Positions 14,759-23,800 of a stretch of DNA of 33,196 nucleotides are shown here, piece by piece. The notes under the pieces were generated by a model. The model saw only the letters and a list, made by a program, of their open reading frames with translations. It had not been told where the DNA came from and searched no databases. Origin of the DNA: Pseudomonadota bacterium. Lineage in GTDB: Bacteria; Bdellovibrionota; FAC87; UBA2466. Made by a program: the position numbers and the translations under genes. The stretch is taken from the NCBI GenBank assembly GCA_043767805.1, contig JAYUGC010000079.1, positions 1 to 33,196 on the forward strand, written 5' to 3'. Numbering within the stretch: position 1 is the first letter of the stretch; every line of letters starts with the position of its first letter.

Positions 14759-15865
14759 TTAATATCCGACGCCGATATCCATGGCCTTGCCGGTATTGGT
14801 GAAGGACTCCAGGAACGGGCTCTCCGGAGACTTGTCGGCTGCCTGGGCGTAAACGAAAGCCTCCTTGACCGAGACCTTGCCATCGCCATCGCTATCGGCC
14901 GAGACCGGTGTCCCGTCGTGGCGCTGAAAGCCGATGGCCGCGGTGAAGTGATAGAGGAACTCGTCGAATTGGAAGTCGGTCGTGGCCCAGCTGAGTTCCA
15001 AATCGGTGGAAGCCGCCACTGCCACCCGCCCCTGAGCGATGGAGGGGCGCACGAAGCCGCCGGCATTACACTGAGCAAAAACGGAAATGGTTTCCTGGTT
15101 GGGCAAGGTCGCCATCAGCGGAAGAAATTCACTCGCTTTCAGCTCGACGTCCGACAAGACGATGGTCGACTCGCCGTCGACGATGCCGCCGTGATCGTTG
15201 ACCACGAAAAGCAGGCGATCGCTTTTTTTGAGCGTGCTATTTAAAAAGCCAAACGCTCGCTTCACCTCGTCGTGGGTCGAGCCGTAGTTGATATCGCTCG
15301 TGCCGTTGTCGTCGAGATCGGGCTTACGTTTTCGAAAAAGGCCGTCGCCCACGAGGATGTGGCTCGGGAGATACCCGTACACTTCCACCAACACTCGGTA
15401 GAGATAGGCGTAGTCGTTCCAGTGTCTTTGCTCCGCGTCTCCGTTTAGGAGATACGCCCAATACTTGTCCGGATCGGCGACCCGGTGGACGCCCTTCGCG
15501 TTACCAATCTTGAACTCTGGCGGCTTCGAGGGAACGGGCGGCGTGCCCCCGAGGACTTCCAAGGTCGCGAGGTCCCTCGGCGGAAAGCGAAGCTTGATCT
15601 GAGCCGCGAGCCGGCCGTCGTTGTCCTCGATGCGAACCCGCGCGTCGTGTCCCCAGTTGGCGCCCGGCTGAAGGTCCTCGAAGTAAATGCGGCGCTTGGA
15701 CCAAAGCGCGGGCAGGGCGAGCGTCCCACCGCCCATGAGTGGAATTTGCCCCGAGGTGGCGAGCGCGATGGGAGTTAAGTCGTAGCGCACTTTATGGCGC
15801 CGCTTGGGAAACGCTTCCGCTCCCAGGCAACAGATCAAGGCCACGACTAGAACCGCCCACCGCAT
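14759..15865 (-). CDS. Secreted clan CD (C13/legumain-caspase-like) cysteine peptidase
   Basis: Signal peptide; His-Cys dyad context LLFVVNDHGG...VFAQCNAGGF; DEFLYHF; EF-hand-like loops DLDDNGTSD and ADSDGDGKVSVKEAF. Confidence 0.8.
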   Translation of the reverse strand: MRWAVLVVALICCLGAEAFPKRRHKVRYDLTPIALATSGQIPLMGGGTLALPALWSKRRIYFEDLQPGANWGHDARVRIEDNDGRLAAQIKLRFPPRDLATLEVLGGTPPVPSKPPEFKIGNAKGVHRVADPDKYWAYLLNGDAEQRHWNDYAYLYRVLVEVYGYLPSHILVGDGLFRKRKPDLDDNGTSDINYGSTHDEVKRAFGFLNSTLKKSDRLLFVVNDHGGIVDGESTIVLSDVELKASEFLPLMATLPNQETISVFAQCNAGGFVRPSIAQGRVAVAASTDLELSWATTDFQFDEFLYHFTAAIGFQRHDGTPVSADSDGDGKVSVKEAFVYAQAADKSPESPFLESFTNTGKAMDIGVGY

Positions 15866-15883
15866 GACTTAAAAAGAGACCCC

Positions 15884-15909
15884 AAAAAACGGGGGGCAAG
15901 TGAGCCCCC
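15884..15909 (-). terminator. Possible rho-independent terminator after DUF2905/lipoprotein pair
   Basis: Minus strand GGGGGC-TCACTT-GCCCCC-C-GTTTTTT. Confidence 0.45.
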
Positions 15910-15986
15910 AACCCATGTGGGTGCACCTTAGCAGGCTTGAGTCTGGGGTAGGGAGCGCCGGCCGCAGTAATTTTTAACGGGAGAGT

Positions 15987-16277
15987 TCAGAAGGGCGAGT
16001 CGGCGGAAGGCGGGGCCGGAGCCTGGTTTTTGGCCCGCTCCTTAAGCCGTTCGAGCCTGGATTTGAGCAAAGCCTGGTCCTCGGTAAGCTGGTCCCGGGT
16101 GCCGTTGTCCGAGCTCTCGCCCTTCAAGCGCTCTTTCATGGTTCCGAGCTCGGCTTCCATCTGGTCGATCTTGAGGTTTAGCTCTTTGAGCTCCTCGACG
16201 GGCTCTTCCTTGGGAGCGGGACATCCCACCATGCCGAGGGCGAGAAAGAGGCATAGGACGCCGAGGGCCCGCTTCAT
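15987..16277 (-). CDS. Small coiled-coil lipoprotein
   Basis: MKRALGVLCLFLALGMVGC lipobox; heptad-like charged helices; start overlaps DUF2905 stop. Confidence 0.75.
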   Translation of the reverse strand: MKRALGVLCLFLALGMVGCPAPKEEPVEELKELNLKIDQMEAELGTMKERLKGESSDNGTRDQLTEDQALLKSRLERLKERAKNQAPAPPSADSPF

Positions 16278-16498
16278 CCCGGTCTCCCGAAAAGGCGCGC
16301 CAAAAAGCTCGCGACGAGGCTAAGGAGGAGACAAGTGACCCAGGGGAAATAGAAGCGAAAATTTTCTCCCTCTACCCGGAGGTCTCCGGGGAGGCGGCCC
16401 AAGCGGGAGAGACCCGGCAGTTTTTGAGATATTCCTAGAACCAACCCAAAAAGAGCTAGAGTCACTCCGACGATGACAAGCGTTTTCGCAAAGTTCAT
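16274..16498 (-). CDS. DUF2905 family small membrane protein
   Basis: LGRLPGDLRVEGENFRFYFPWVTCLLLS signature between two TM helices. Confidence 0.88.
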   Translation of the reverse strand: MNFAKTLVIVGVTLALFGLVLGISQKLPGLSRLGRLPGDLRVEGENFRFYFPWVTCLLLSLVASFLARLFGRPG

Positions 16499-16517
16499 TT
16501 TCGACTACAATCGGCTC

Positions 16518-18230
16518 GTGAGAGCCCTTTCGCTGATTTTAAGTCTGGTCCTATTATGCCAGTGCGCGGCGAAACATCAACCGATCGAGTTCGCCCCCAG
16601 TTTCAACTTAAAACCGCGCGGGATGATGACCGGAGAGTCGCTCCAGGAGCGGCGGACCCTCGAAGCGCGCCCCTCCCTCGCGCCCCTCGAAAAGAAGCGT
16701 TTGGTCGATCTGTATGAGAACGAGCTGAAGTATATGAAAAGCGGCTCGCCGCTTTATGACAAGCTGAAGGAAAGCGTCGGCACTCTGCAACCGGAAGTGA
16801 CCCGGCTTCAGGAAGAATCGCAGAGCGCCTGGTCCGACTATCAAAAGTACGTGCGCGCGAACCGTGAAGAGCCAGCCGGGCGCTCGCCGATAAAGCACCG
16901 CGGCCTCAAAAAGGCTTACGATCAGGTGTATCAGCTCTGGAACCAGGATCAGAACGCCTCCGCCCTCGATAAGGTCGGCGAGATTTTGAAAGACGCGACC
17001 TTCCTGGACGAGGCGAACGATCACGACTGGTACGTCATACAAAATTTGAAATTTCGGATCGCAAACGACTTGGGCCAGATTCCGGTGGCCGAAGAAGCCT
17101 ATCAGAAAATGAAATCTCTCGACGACTGCGCCGAGAGAACGGCCACCGCCGGGTTCATCCTCGCCTTGCATCTCTTCGGCGCCGGCCAGAATGAGTCCGC
17201 TTTGGAGCGCATGGAGAGCCAATGCGACAGAGACGAAAGCGTCTCCAATAAAATGCGCCGGATGTACTGGCGAGGGCGTTTCCTGGAGAGCCGCGCGGCG
17301 AAACCGGAAGACGCCTATGCCGAGATCCTCTCGACGAAAGTCCCGGGCTATTATTTTTATCTCGCTTGCAGCCGTCTCGGCCGCAAAGTGGAGTTCGCGC
17401 CGCGCGTATTCCAGACGCGCTCGTTTTTGAAACGAGAGATCGAGATGCCCGGCAAGATTCACGATCTTTTGCTGAAAGCGGAAGAGCGGCTAAAAAGCGG
17501 GCTCAAGCGCGATGCCGACGCGTACCTGCTTCAGGCGGCCGTCCGGGTACGAAAAGATCCCGACATCTCCGATCTGCCGACGCTTCTCTACGTCGCGCAC
17601 CTTTTGCAAGCCGCCGAAGATCACGTGGAGGCCATGCGGCTCTATTCGATCGTGACCGAAGCCCTTCAGCTTCCGGAAAAGCCCACGGGCGTGGAGTTCG
17701 ATTTTCTGGACGATATGTTCCCGCGCCCTTTCGGCTCCCAGGTGGACGCGTCCGCGCGCCAGTGGGCGGTGGATCCGGATCTCATTTACTCCCTCATGCG
17801 CCAGGAAAGCGCATTCAATCCAGAAGCGTCGAGTGTCGTCGATGCGCGCGGTCTCATGCAGCTCATGCCGTTTCTCGCGAAAAGTATCGCCGAGCAGTGG
17901 GGATACCAATATTACGCCGACAAATACCTTTTTCAGGGCGACGAGAACGTAAAGCTCGCGACGGTGCATCTGCATCAGCTGCAAGTGCTTGTCCCGCATA
18001 TCGCGCTCATCGCGGCGTCGTACAACGCCGGCGTGCAACGCACGTCCGGGTGGTGGAAGCGCTGGGGCCATCTCCCCGCGGACGTTTTCATCGAGTTAAT
18101 TCCGATCACCGAGACGAGAAACTACGTGAAGCTCGTCATCCGCAATTTCCTCTACTACAAAGCGAGCCGCGCCCGAGGCGCCGTGCAGGCCGGCGTCGTT
18201 CCCATGGAACTGCCTCCGTATTCCGGTTGA
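16518..18230 (+). CDS. slt: Soluble lytic transglycosylase (Slt-type), probable lipoprotein
   Basis: C-terminal SLT motifs MRQESAFNPEA, ARGLMQLMP, AASYNAG, FIELIPITETRNYVK; helical N-terminus. GTG 16518 gives a signal peptide ending LLCQC and avoids overlap with DUF2905. Confidence 0.87.
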   Translation: MRALSLILSLVLLCQCAAKHQPIEFAPSFNLKPRGMMTGESLQERRTLEARPSLAPLEKKRLVDLYENELKYMKSGSPLYDKLKESVGTLQPEVTRLQEESQSAWSDYQKYVRANREEPAGRSPIKHRGLKKAYDQVYQLWNQDQNASALDKVGEILKDATFLDEANDHDWYVIQNLKFRIANDLGQIPVAEEAYQKMKSLDDCAERTATAGFILALHLFGAGQNESALERMESQCDRDESVSNKMRRMYWRGRFLESRAAKPEDAYAEILSTKVPGYYFYLACSRLGRKVEFAPRVFQTRSFLKREIEMPGKIHDLLLKAEERLKSGLKRDADAYLLQAAVRVRKDPDISDLPTLLYVAHLLQAAEDHVEAMRLYSIVTEALQLPEKPTGVEFDFLDDMFPRPFGSQVDASARQWAVDPDLIYSLMRQESAFNPEASSVVDARGLMQLMPFLAKSIAEQWGYQYYADKYLFQGDENVKLATVHLHQLQVLVPHIALIAASYNAGVQRTSGWWKRWGHLPADVFIELIPITETRNYVKLVIRNFLYYKASRARGAVQAGVVPMELPPYSG

Positions 18231-18370
18231 GGGCATCGTCTAGAGCCTTGTCTAGGACCGTGACCCCCAGGTGACGTAAAGCGGCACCGCCGTCCGACAA
18301 TTCTGTCCAAAAGTAGGACGTGTTCTGATCGTCAACGCAACCATTTCAAAAGTTTAAGCCCACGCAAACC

Positions 18371-18387
18371 TTGGCACCTCACTTGCT
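18371..18387 (+). promoter_or_regulatory. Sigma54 -24/-12 promoter for the S8 protease
   Basis: TTGGCACCTCACTTGCT closely matches TTGGCAC-N5-TTGCW. Confidence 0.75.
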
Positions 18388-18457
18388 CTTCTAAACCCAC
18401 GAGTAGCAGCGGGGCGCTCAAACCTGAGCGCCAAAGTGGATAGCTTTAACGGGACGT

Positions 18458-19822
18458 GTGTTGCAGATGGTGCGGATGATGCGGAAACGTGGAATCGGAG
18501 CTACGAGCCAAGCGGCTCGCATACTGATGGGATTCGCTCTCTTGGCGAGCTCCTCTTCGTTTGCGAAAGACGGGGAAACCGCCAAAGCGGAATTTCCTTT
18601 CGCGGCCCCGAAACGTGCCTTCCAGCTCGATTATCCGGCCCTCCCGCAAGAAATCAACGACCGCATCAAAGGCATGAAGAAGGCGCCCGCGGGCAATGCC
18701 AAAGTCGACGCGTCTCTCGGCCGTGACTGGGCGCTGCTCAACATCGGATTTTTCGAATCGTTCACGCCTCTCGTGCAGCCCGTGAGCCCGGCGACGCAAA
18801 GTTGCTCGCCGTCCATCGTCGTGGCGGTGGTGGATACGGGCATCGATTACACGCACCCCGAGCTCAAAGAGAACATCTGGGTGAACTCCGGTGAGACCGG
18901 CGCGTGGGAGCCGCCTTCGGGCATGGCCGCTTTGGGTTACGATTGCCACGACAAGAGCTGTAACGGCATCGACGACGATGGCGACGGCTTCATCGACGAC
19001 GTGGTGGGCTGGGATTTCGTGCACGACGTTCCGCTTCCGTACGATACGCACGGGCACGGCACGCACATCGCTGGCATCATTTCCGCCGCGTCGGCCAACG
19101 GCATCGGGACCACGGGCGTTTGCCCGCGCGTCACCATCATGCCTCTCAAGTATTACGACAACTCCGGCGCCGGTTATAACAACTTGAACAACACCGTGCG
19201 TGCGATTCAGTACGCCGTGAAAATGGGCGCGCACATCATCAACTACAGCGGCGGCGGATCCGATCCGGCCCCCGCCGAAAGAGCGGCTGTCGCCGAGGCC
19301 CGCAAGAAGGGCGTTCTCTTCATCGCGGCCGCGGGTAACGAAGGTCGCAATAACGACCGGATTCCTTACTATCCGGCGAGCTATGGTTTGGACAACATCA
19401 TCAGCGTCGCTTCCGTGAATAAGAAGAGCGAGCTTTTACCCTCCAGCAACTACGGCAAGACCGTGCATGTGGCGGCGCCGGGCATGATGATTCTCTCGAC
19501 GCTTCCCTCTGGCCGCTTCGGCACCATGTCGGGCACGTCGCAAGCGACTGCTTTCGTCACGGGTGAAGCCGCCTTGCTGGCCAGCCAGCTGAAAGACGAT
19601 CCCCGCAGCCACTACAGCGCGATCCGCGAGTGGATTATCAACGGCACGAAAGCTTATAAGGGCAACGACGCGAAGAATCTCCTCGCGGGCGGGCTCATCT
19701 CGGTTCCTATGGCTCTCGGGCTCGAGAAGAAAGCCTCCATCACCGTTCCCGTTTTCGCGGCGAAGCCGGCCGGAGAGAAGTCGCCTTCCTCTTTGGCTTT
19801 CGGCGCGAGGAAAAAGAAATAG
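18458..19822 (+). CDS. Secreted subtilisin-like serine protease (S8)
   Basis: VAVVDTGID, HGHGTHIAG, AAAGNEG, SGTSQAT catalytic motifs; NGIDDDGDGFIDD..GWDF loop; signal peptide. Exact start uncertain (ATG 18467 or 18476 possible). Confidence 0.93.
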   Translation: MLQMVRMMRKRGIGATSQAARILMGFALLASSSSFAKDGETAKAEFPFAAPKRAFQLDYPALPQEINDRIKGMKKAPAGNAKVDASLGRDWALLNIGFFESFTPLVQPVSPATQSCSPSIVVAVVDTGIDYTHPELKENIWVNSGETGAWEPPSGMAALGYDCHDKSCNGIDDDGDGFIDDVVGWDFVHDVPLPYDTHGHGTHIAGIISAASANGIGTTGVCPRVTIMPLKYYDNSGAGYNNLNNTVRAIQYAVKMGAHIINYSGGGSDPAPAERAAVAEARKKGVLFIAAAGNEGRNNDRIPYYPASYGLDNIISVASVNKKSELLPSSNYGKTVHVAAPGMMILSTLPSGRFGTMSGTSQATAFVTGEAALLASQLKDDPRSHYSAIREWIINGTKAYKGNDAKNLLAGGLISVPMALGLEKKASITVPVFAAKPAGEKSPSSLAFGARKKK

Positions 19823-19884
19823 CTTATAATTAGCTTTCGCGGCAATTGCTTCCGGTACCTGCCAAGGCAATCCGTTCTAAGAAA

Positions 19885-22119
19885 TCAACTCGAGAGGGCG
19901 GTCTGGGTGAACCCCTGGGCCGCCCATTTTTTAGGCTCGAAGAGGCTGAGTAGAAGAGGCAGCGCCACAAGGTAGAAAAGTAAGAAAACGAGTTTCACCG
20001 GATAGGGATCGAAGGCAAAGCGCACGCGGCTTCCCGCCTTCACGGGCAATGCCATGAAGGCGAAATTGGCGCGGAAGGGAGTGAGAGTCTCGGCCGCCGT
20101 GGAGGCCTTCCAATAGCTATCCCAATTGCTCTCCACGAACAGAACGCCTCCGCTCTCCGACGGAATATCGACTTCGAGGGAGGCATCGGAACCGTAGCTT
20201 GCTTTCAGGGCGACACAGTCCGTTGTTGGAAGCGGCACTTCGGGAAAATCCTCATGCACGTAAACACGCGGCGTCTTTTCCTGAATCGTCCGCGAAAGCG
20301 AAGCTAGGTCGCCGAGCTGAGCGAGCGGAATGCGATAGGCGCCAGAGCAAAAGCGCACAGGGGGAGGCCCAAGGGCTCGCTGGCGTTTGAAGTTCCAGTT
20401 GGTCAGAAGCGGTGCCGCGGCTTCGTTGGTTTGAAGCACCAGCCATTCCCGGAAACCGCCATAGAGCGTTCGCCGGTTGTGGTAGTGCGACGGCGCCTTT
20501 AACGAGAAAAGCGGTCGCTCTCCGTTTTCATCGGGCAATAGCGCCTCATCGTAGGGAACGCGCAGCCACTCGAGCCGATCCGCGGGGCCTAAGGCGGCAA
20601 ACCTAGCGGTACCCCGATCGAGATGAGCCGACTGAGATAAAACGAGGTCGAGCAGGGTGAGCAGAAAGAGCGCGCGGACGAGATACGGCCTCTGCCCCCA
20701 TTTCAGGAGAGCCGCCACGAGAAAAGAAAAGAGAGCGAAGCAAAGACCCATTTGAAAAGCGTTATCCATCTTCATCCGGTAGGTGGCGGGCAAAACGAAG
20801 GGCAGGGCGAAACACGCCGCGGCTCCCAGAAGGCCTAAGGGAACGAACGGCCAGCGTTGCACCGTCTGGAATCCCGGCTCGCGTCTCGTGCGAACGAGCA
20901 GGGCGTCCAAACCGAGGCAAGCCGCGAAGATCAGAAACAGCGAAGGCCCGCCCCGAGGAAAAATCGTCGCCATGTTCAGGACGTGTTTCAGGAACGGGAG
21001 AGTTTCCATCGCGCGCGCGTACAGGAGATTCTTGGTGGTGACGACGAGAAACCAGTTACACGTGAGGTAGGTCAGGACGAAAACCCAGAAGAGGCGTTGC
21101 CTATGACAGCCCAGTGCCGCGACGAGCAGGAGGAGTAGGCTCGCGATGCCGAGGTAGCGGTTGTCGTGGCCGTGCCACGAAATGTTTTCCAAGGGCTGAG
21201 CGAGCCAGGTCAGGGCCATTCCCCAGCCCGGGCTCGACTCGACTGGCTCGGCGCGCGTGGAAAGGGAGACCGACGTTTCATAAGAAACGATCCCGCCACG
21301 ATTTCTTAAAATATTGCGGTTGGAGTGCACCGTCACGATCGTCGCCGAAGCGCCGAGCCCCAGCGCGAGCAGGAGTCCGAGAAACACCAAGCCTTGTGAT
21401 TTCCGTAGCGCGGCAAAGTCCGCGTGAAGGCTCCGCCCCAAGTGGCGGCCGAAGAGCAGCAGCATCAAGCCGAACGTCGCCAGCCAAAAAACGGGAGAGA
21501 AGAGGACGTTCGCGCAAAAACCGCCGAGGAGAAAAGCAAGACTTAGGAGGACCAGGGTGAGATGGCGCGGAGTGGGCGTGAGGTAATACCTCAAGGTCGC
21601 ATACAGGACGAGAAGCGGAAGGGGAAGGGCGGCTACCGCCGGAGCGTCATGAAAATTGAGTAGCGTGTAGCTACCAAAGAGATAAAGGACGACCGCGAAT
21701 AAGGCGCTAGCCGGATGTTTGGTGAATAAACGGACCGTGAGGAAAATGAGGGCCGCGTTCAGCAGGGGAACGTATACGAACGTATAGAAAAATATCCAGT
21801 GGCTCAGGTCCACGGGTAGGAAAGCTAGTGCCTTGAAGAGCGCGAGAAATAGGACGTTGTGAACCGCGAGGAGATTAATTTCTCCCGCCAAAAAATTGAA
21901 GTAGAGCGGATAGCCATTTGTAATGGACGCATCCCACCAGGGAAACGTCGCGTGGGTTTTGAGGGAATGCAGTACGGCGTAGAAAAGGGTGTGACCGAGG
22001 AGCGTATCGCCACCCGGGAGAAACTGCCCGGCAAAGAAGGGATGAACGTAAAGATAATAGTAGAGCCCGAAAAACCCTATAAACAGCGCCCAGCCGCGAT
22101 TTAATTTAGAGCTAAGCAT
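19885..22119 (-). CDS. YfhO-like / GT-C fold polytopic membrane protein (putative glycosyltransferase)
   Basis: N-terminal GGD...FPWWD....GYPL, many TM helices, RYLG, C-terminal ESNWDSYWKA...RANFAFMALPVKAG..VRFAFDP typical of YfhO-like proteins. Confidence 0.7.
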   Translation of the reverse strand: MLSSKLNRGWALFIGFFGLYYYLYVHPFFAGQFLPGGDTLLGHTLFYAVLHSLKTHATFPWWDASITNGYPLYFNFLAGEINLLAVHNVLFLALFKALAFLPVDLSHWIFFYTFVYVPLLNAALIFLTVRLFTKHPASALFAVVLYLFGSYTLLNFHDAPAVAALPLPLLVLYATLRYYLTPTPRHLTLVLLSLAFLLGGFCANVLFSPVFWLATFGLMLLLFGRHLGRSLHADFAALRKSQGLVFLGLLLALGLGASATIVTVHSNRNILRNRGGIVSYETSVSLSTRAEPVESSPGWGMALTWLAQPLENISWHGHDNRYLGIASLLLLLVAALGCHRQRLFWVFVLTYLTCNWFLVVTTKNLLYARAMETLPFLKHVLNMATIFPRGGPSLFLIFAACLGLDALLVRTRREPGFQTVQRWPFVPLGLLGAAACFALPFVLPATYRMKMDNAFQMGLCFALFSFLVAALLKWGQRPYLVRALFLLTLLDLVLSQSAHLDRGTARFAALGPADRLEWLRVPYDEALLPDENGERPLFSLKAPSHYHNRRTLYGGFREWLVLQTNEAAAPLLTNWNFKRQRALGPPPVRFCSGAYRIPLAQLGDLASLSRTIQEKTPRVYVHEDFPEVPLPTTDCVALKASYGSDASLEVDIPSESGGVLFVESNWDSYWKASTAAETLTPFRANFAFMALPVKAGSRVRFAFDPYPVKLVFLLFYLVALPLLLSLFEPKKWAAQGFTQTALSS

Positions 22120-22156
22120 GGGATCCGGCGAGTGAATGCGTCTATAATACGCCGAG

Positions 22157-23797
22157 GTGGCGGCACTTCCAAAGTTCTCCTCGAGTAAGATCGCGCGGTG
22201 GGTCGTTCTATTCTTCTTGGCGCTTTCCGCACCAGTCCTCCTCTTGGTCTGGAACCATGGCCACTATCCGACCGATGACGGCGTGCTTCTCGCCGCCGGC
22301 TGGCGCATTTTTCACGGGCAAGTTCCCTATCGGGATTTTCTCTATGCTTTCCCGCCTCTCTCGCCCTATCTCCATTCGCTTTGGTTCTGGCTTCCCTCGG
22401 GCGCGGTCTTTTCGGCGGCGCGCCTTGCGCACATCTTGGGGCTCGCGGCCGCGGCTGGAGTCTGGGCGTGGTGGGGGTACCAAAAGGGAGGGTTGCGCCC
22501 GAATGGCGTGACGCTCTTTCTTGTTGGCGCCTTCTTTTACTTCTCGATTCACGACTCGCCTTCCATGCCCTGGTACACGGTCGACGCGATCCTACTGAGT
22601 AGCCTCGGCGGAGCGCTTATGCTCGTCTCCTGCGATCGGAAAGTCCGTTCGCTTTGGCTCACGCGTTTACTTTCCGGGCTTTGCTTTTCGCTCGCGGTAC
22701 TCGCGAAACAAAGTTTCCTCGGCATGTATGTCTTGTGGCTCGCGCTTTCCCTCATTGATCTCAAGCTGGCGCGCCGATGGATTTTCCTCGTGGGTACGGT
22801 TGCGGTCTCCCTGTTGCCGTTCCTGGTCGCGGGCGCTTGGCTTTCCCATCAGAATGGGCTCGAACCGTTTCTTAGACAAATCACCGTCCTCTCGACGGGA
22901 AATGCGGTCGAAACCTTTGGTTGGGATTCCTTCTGGCGGTCGTTCGATCTGCACCGCCCCTATTTCTTTTTCGGACTCGCTTTGGGGAAGGCGCCTCGGC
23001 GCTGGAGGGGCACGATCGGGCTTCTCCTCGTCCTGTCTCTCTTTTTCTGGGTGGGTGGCATTGCCAATCCGTGGTGGGGTTTCCAGCTCTTTTGGCTGGG
23101 CCTCGGCCTGACCGTCTTTTTGATCGGGGAACGTCGGGAGGAGCGGCTTTGGATCTTCTTTTCGCTTTTCGCGGTGTCTCTCGCCTGGTCCAGTGCCGTA
23201 AGTCACGGGTGGAATACGCCGCTTTTAGGAATCGCGCCCCTGGGGGTTTTACTCGCTCGTTTCATCGATAAATCCGTTGAGGCAAGCGTCGCTCGGCGCC
23301 GGGAAACGGCTCTCGCCGGATTGCTCCTCTTCGGCTCGGCGTTTTACGTTATGGAGTTTCAGGGGCTTCGCTACTTCAAGGATCGTCCGCGAGCCGAACA
23401 GCGCTACGACCTAGCGAGGGTCTACCCTCGTTTCGGCTCGCTTTATACGAACGCCACCACGTTCGAACGCTACGCGGATTTGCATGCGCTTTCGGAGCGG
23501 CTCGACGCTTTAGGGAGCGGGGTAATGGTGGTGCATCCGGAGTTTCCTCTCTTCTATTATCTTGAAAATCGTCTCAACCCCATGCCGGTGGATTGGTGGT
23601 TTCCCATGGGCTACCGCGCTTTCGGGGCCGCCCTCCCACGCCGTTTTTCCGCGGCTAAACCGACCGTGCTTCTGGAAGTCGAGCCGGGGGAAGGCTGCGA
23701 GCCCGTGCAAAAAGATGAAGTGGCATCCTGGGTGATTCGCCACGGACGGCTGGAAGCGCGCTCGAAGCGATTTTGCGCCTTCGAATTACGGGGTTAG
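22157..23797 (+). CDS. GT-C fold (ArnT/PMT-like) membrane glycosyltransferase
   Basis: After TM1: DDG...AGWRIFHGQVPYRDF...PPL; LAVLAKQ; many TM helices and a C-terminal soluble domain. Confidence 0.72.
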   Translation: MAALPKFSSSKIARWVVLFFLALSAPVLLLVWNHGHYPTDDGVLLAAGWRIFHGQVPYRDFLYAFPPLSPYLHSLWFWLPSGAVFSAARLAHILGLAAAAGVWAWWGYQKGGLRPNGVTLFLVGAFFYFSIHDSPSMPWYTVDAILLSSLGGALMLVSCDRKVRSLWLTRLLSGLCFSLAVLAKQSFLGMYVLWLALSLIDLKLARRWIFLVGTVAVSLLPFLVAGAWLSHQNGLEPFLRQITVLSTGNAVETFGWDSFWRSFDLHRPYFFFGLALGKAPRRWRGTIGLLLVLSLFFWVGGIANPWWGFQLFWLGLGLTVFLIGERREERLWIFFSLFAVSLAWSSAVSHGWNTPLLGIAPLGVLLARFIDKSVEASVARRRETALAGLLLFGSAFYVMEFQGLRYFKDRPRAEQRYDLARVYPRFGSLYTNATTFERYADLHALSERLDALGSGVMVVHPEFPLFYYLENRLNPMPVDWWFPMGYRAFGAALPRRFSAAKPTVLLEVEPGEGCEPVQKDEVASWVIRHGRLEARSKRFCAFELRG

Positions 23798-23800
23798 GCG

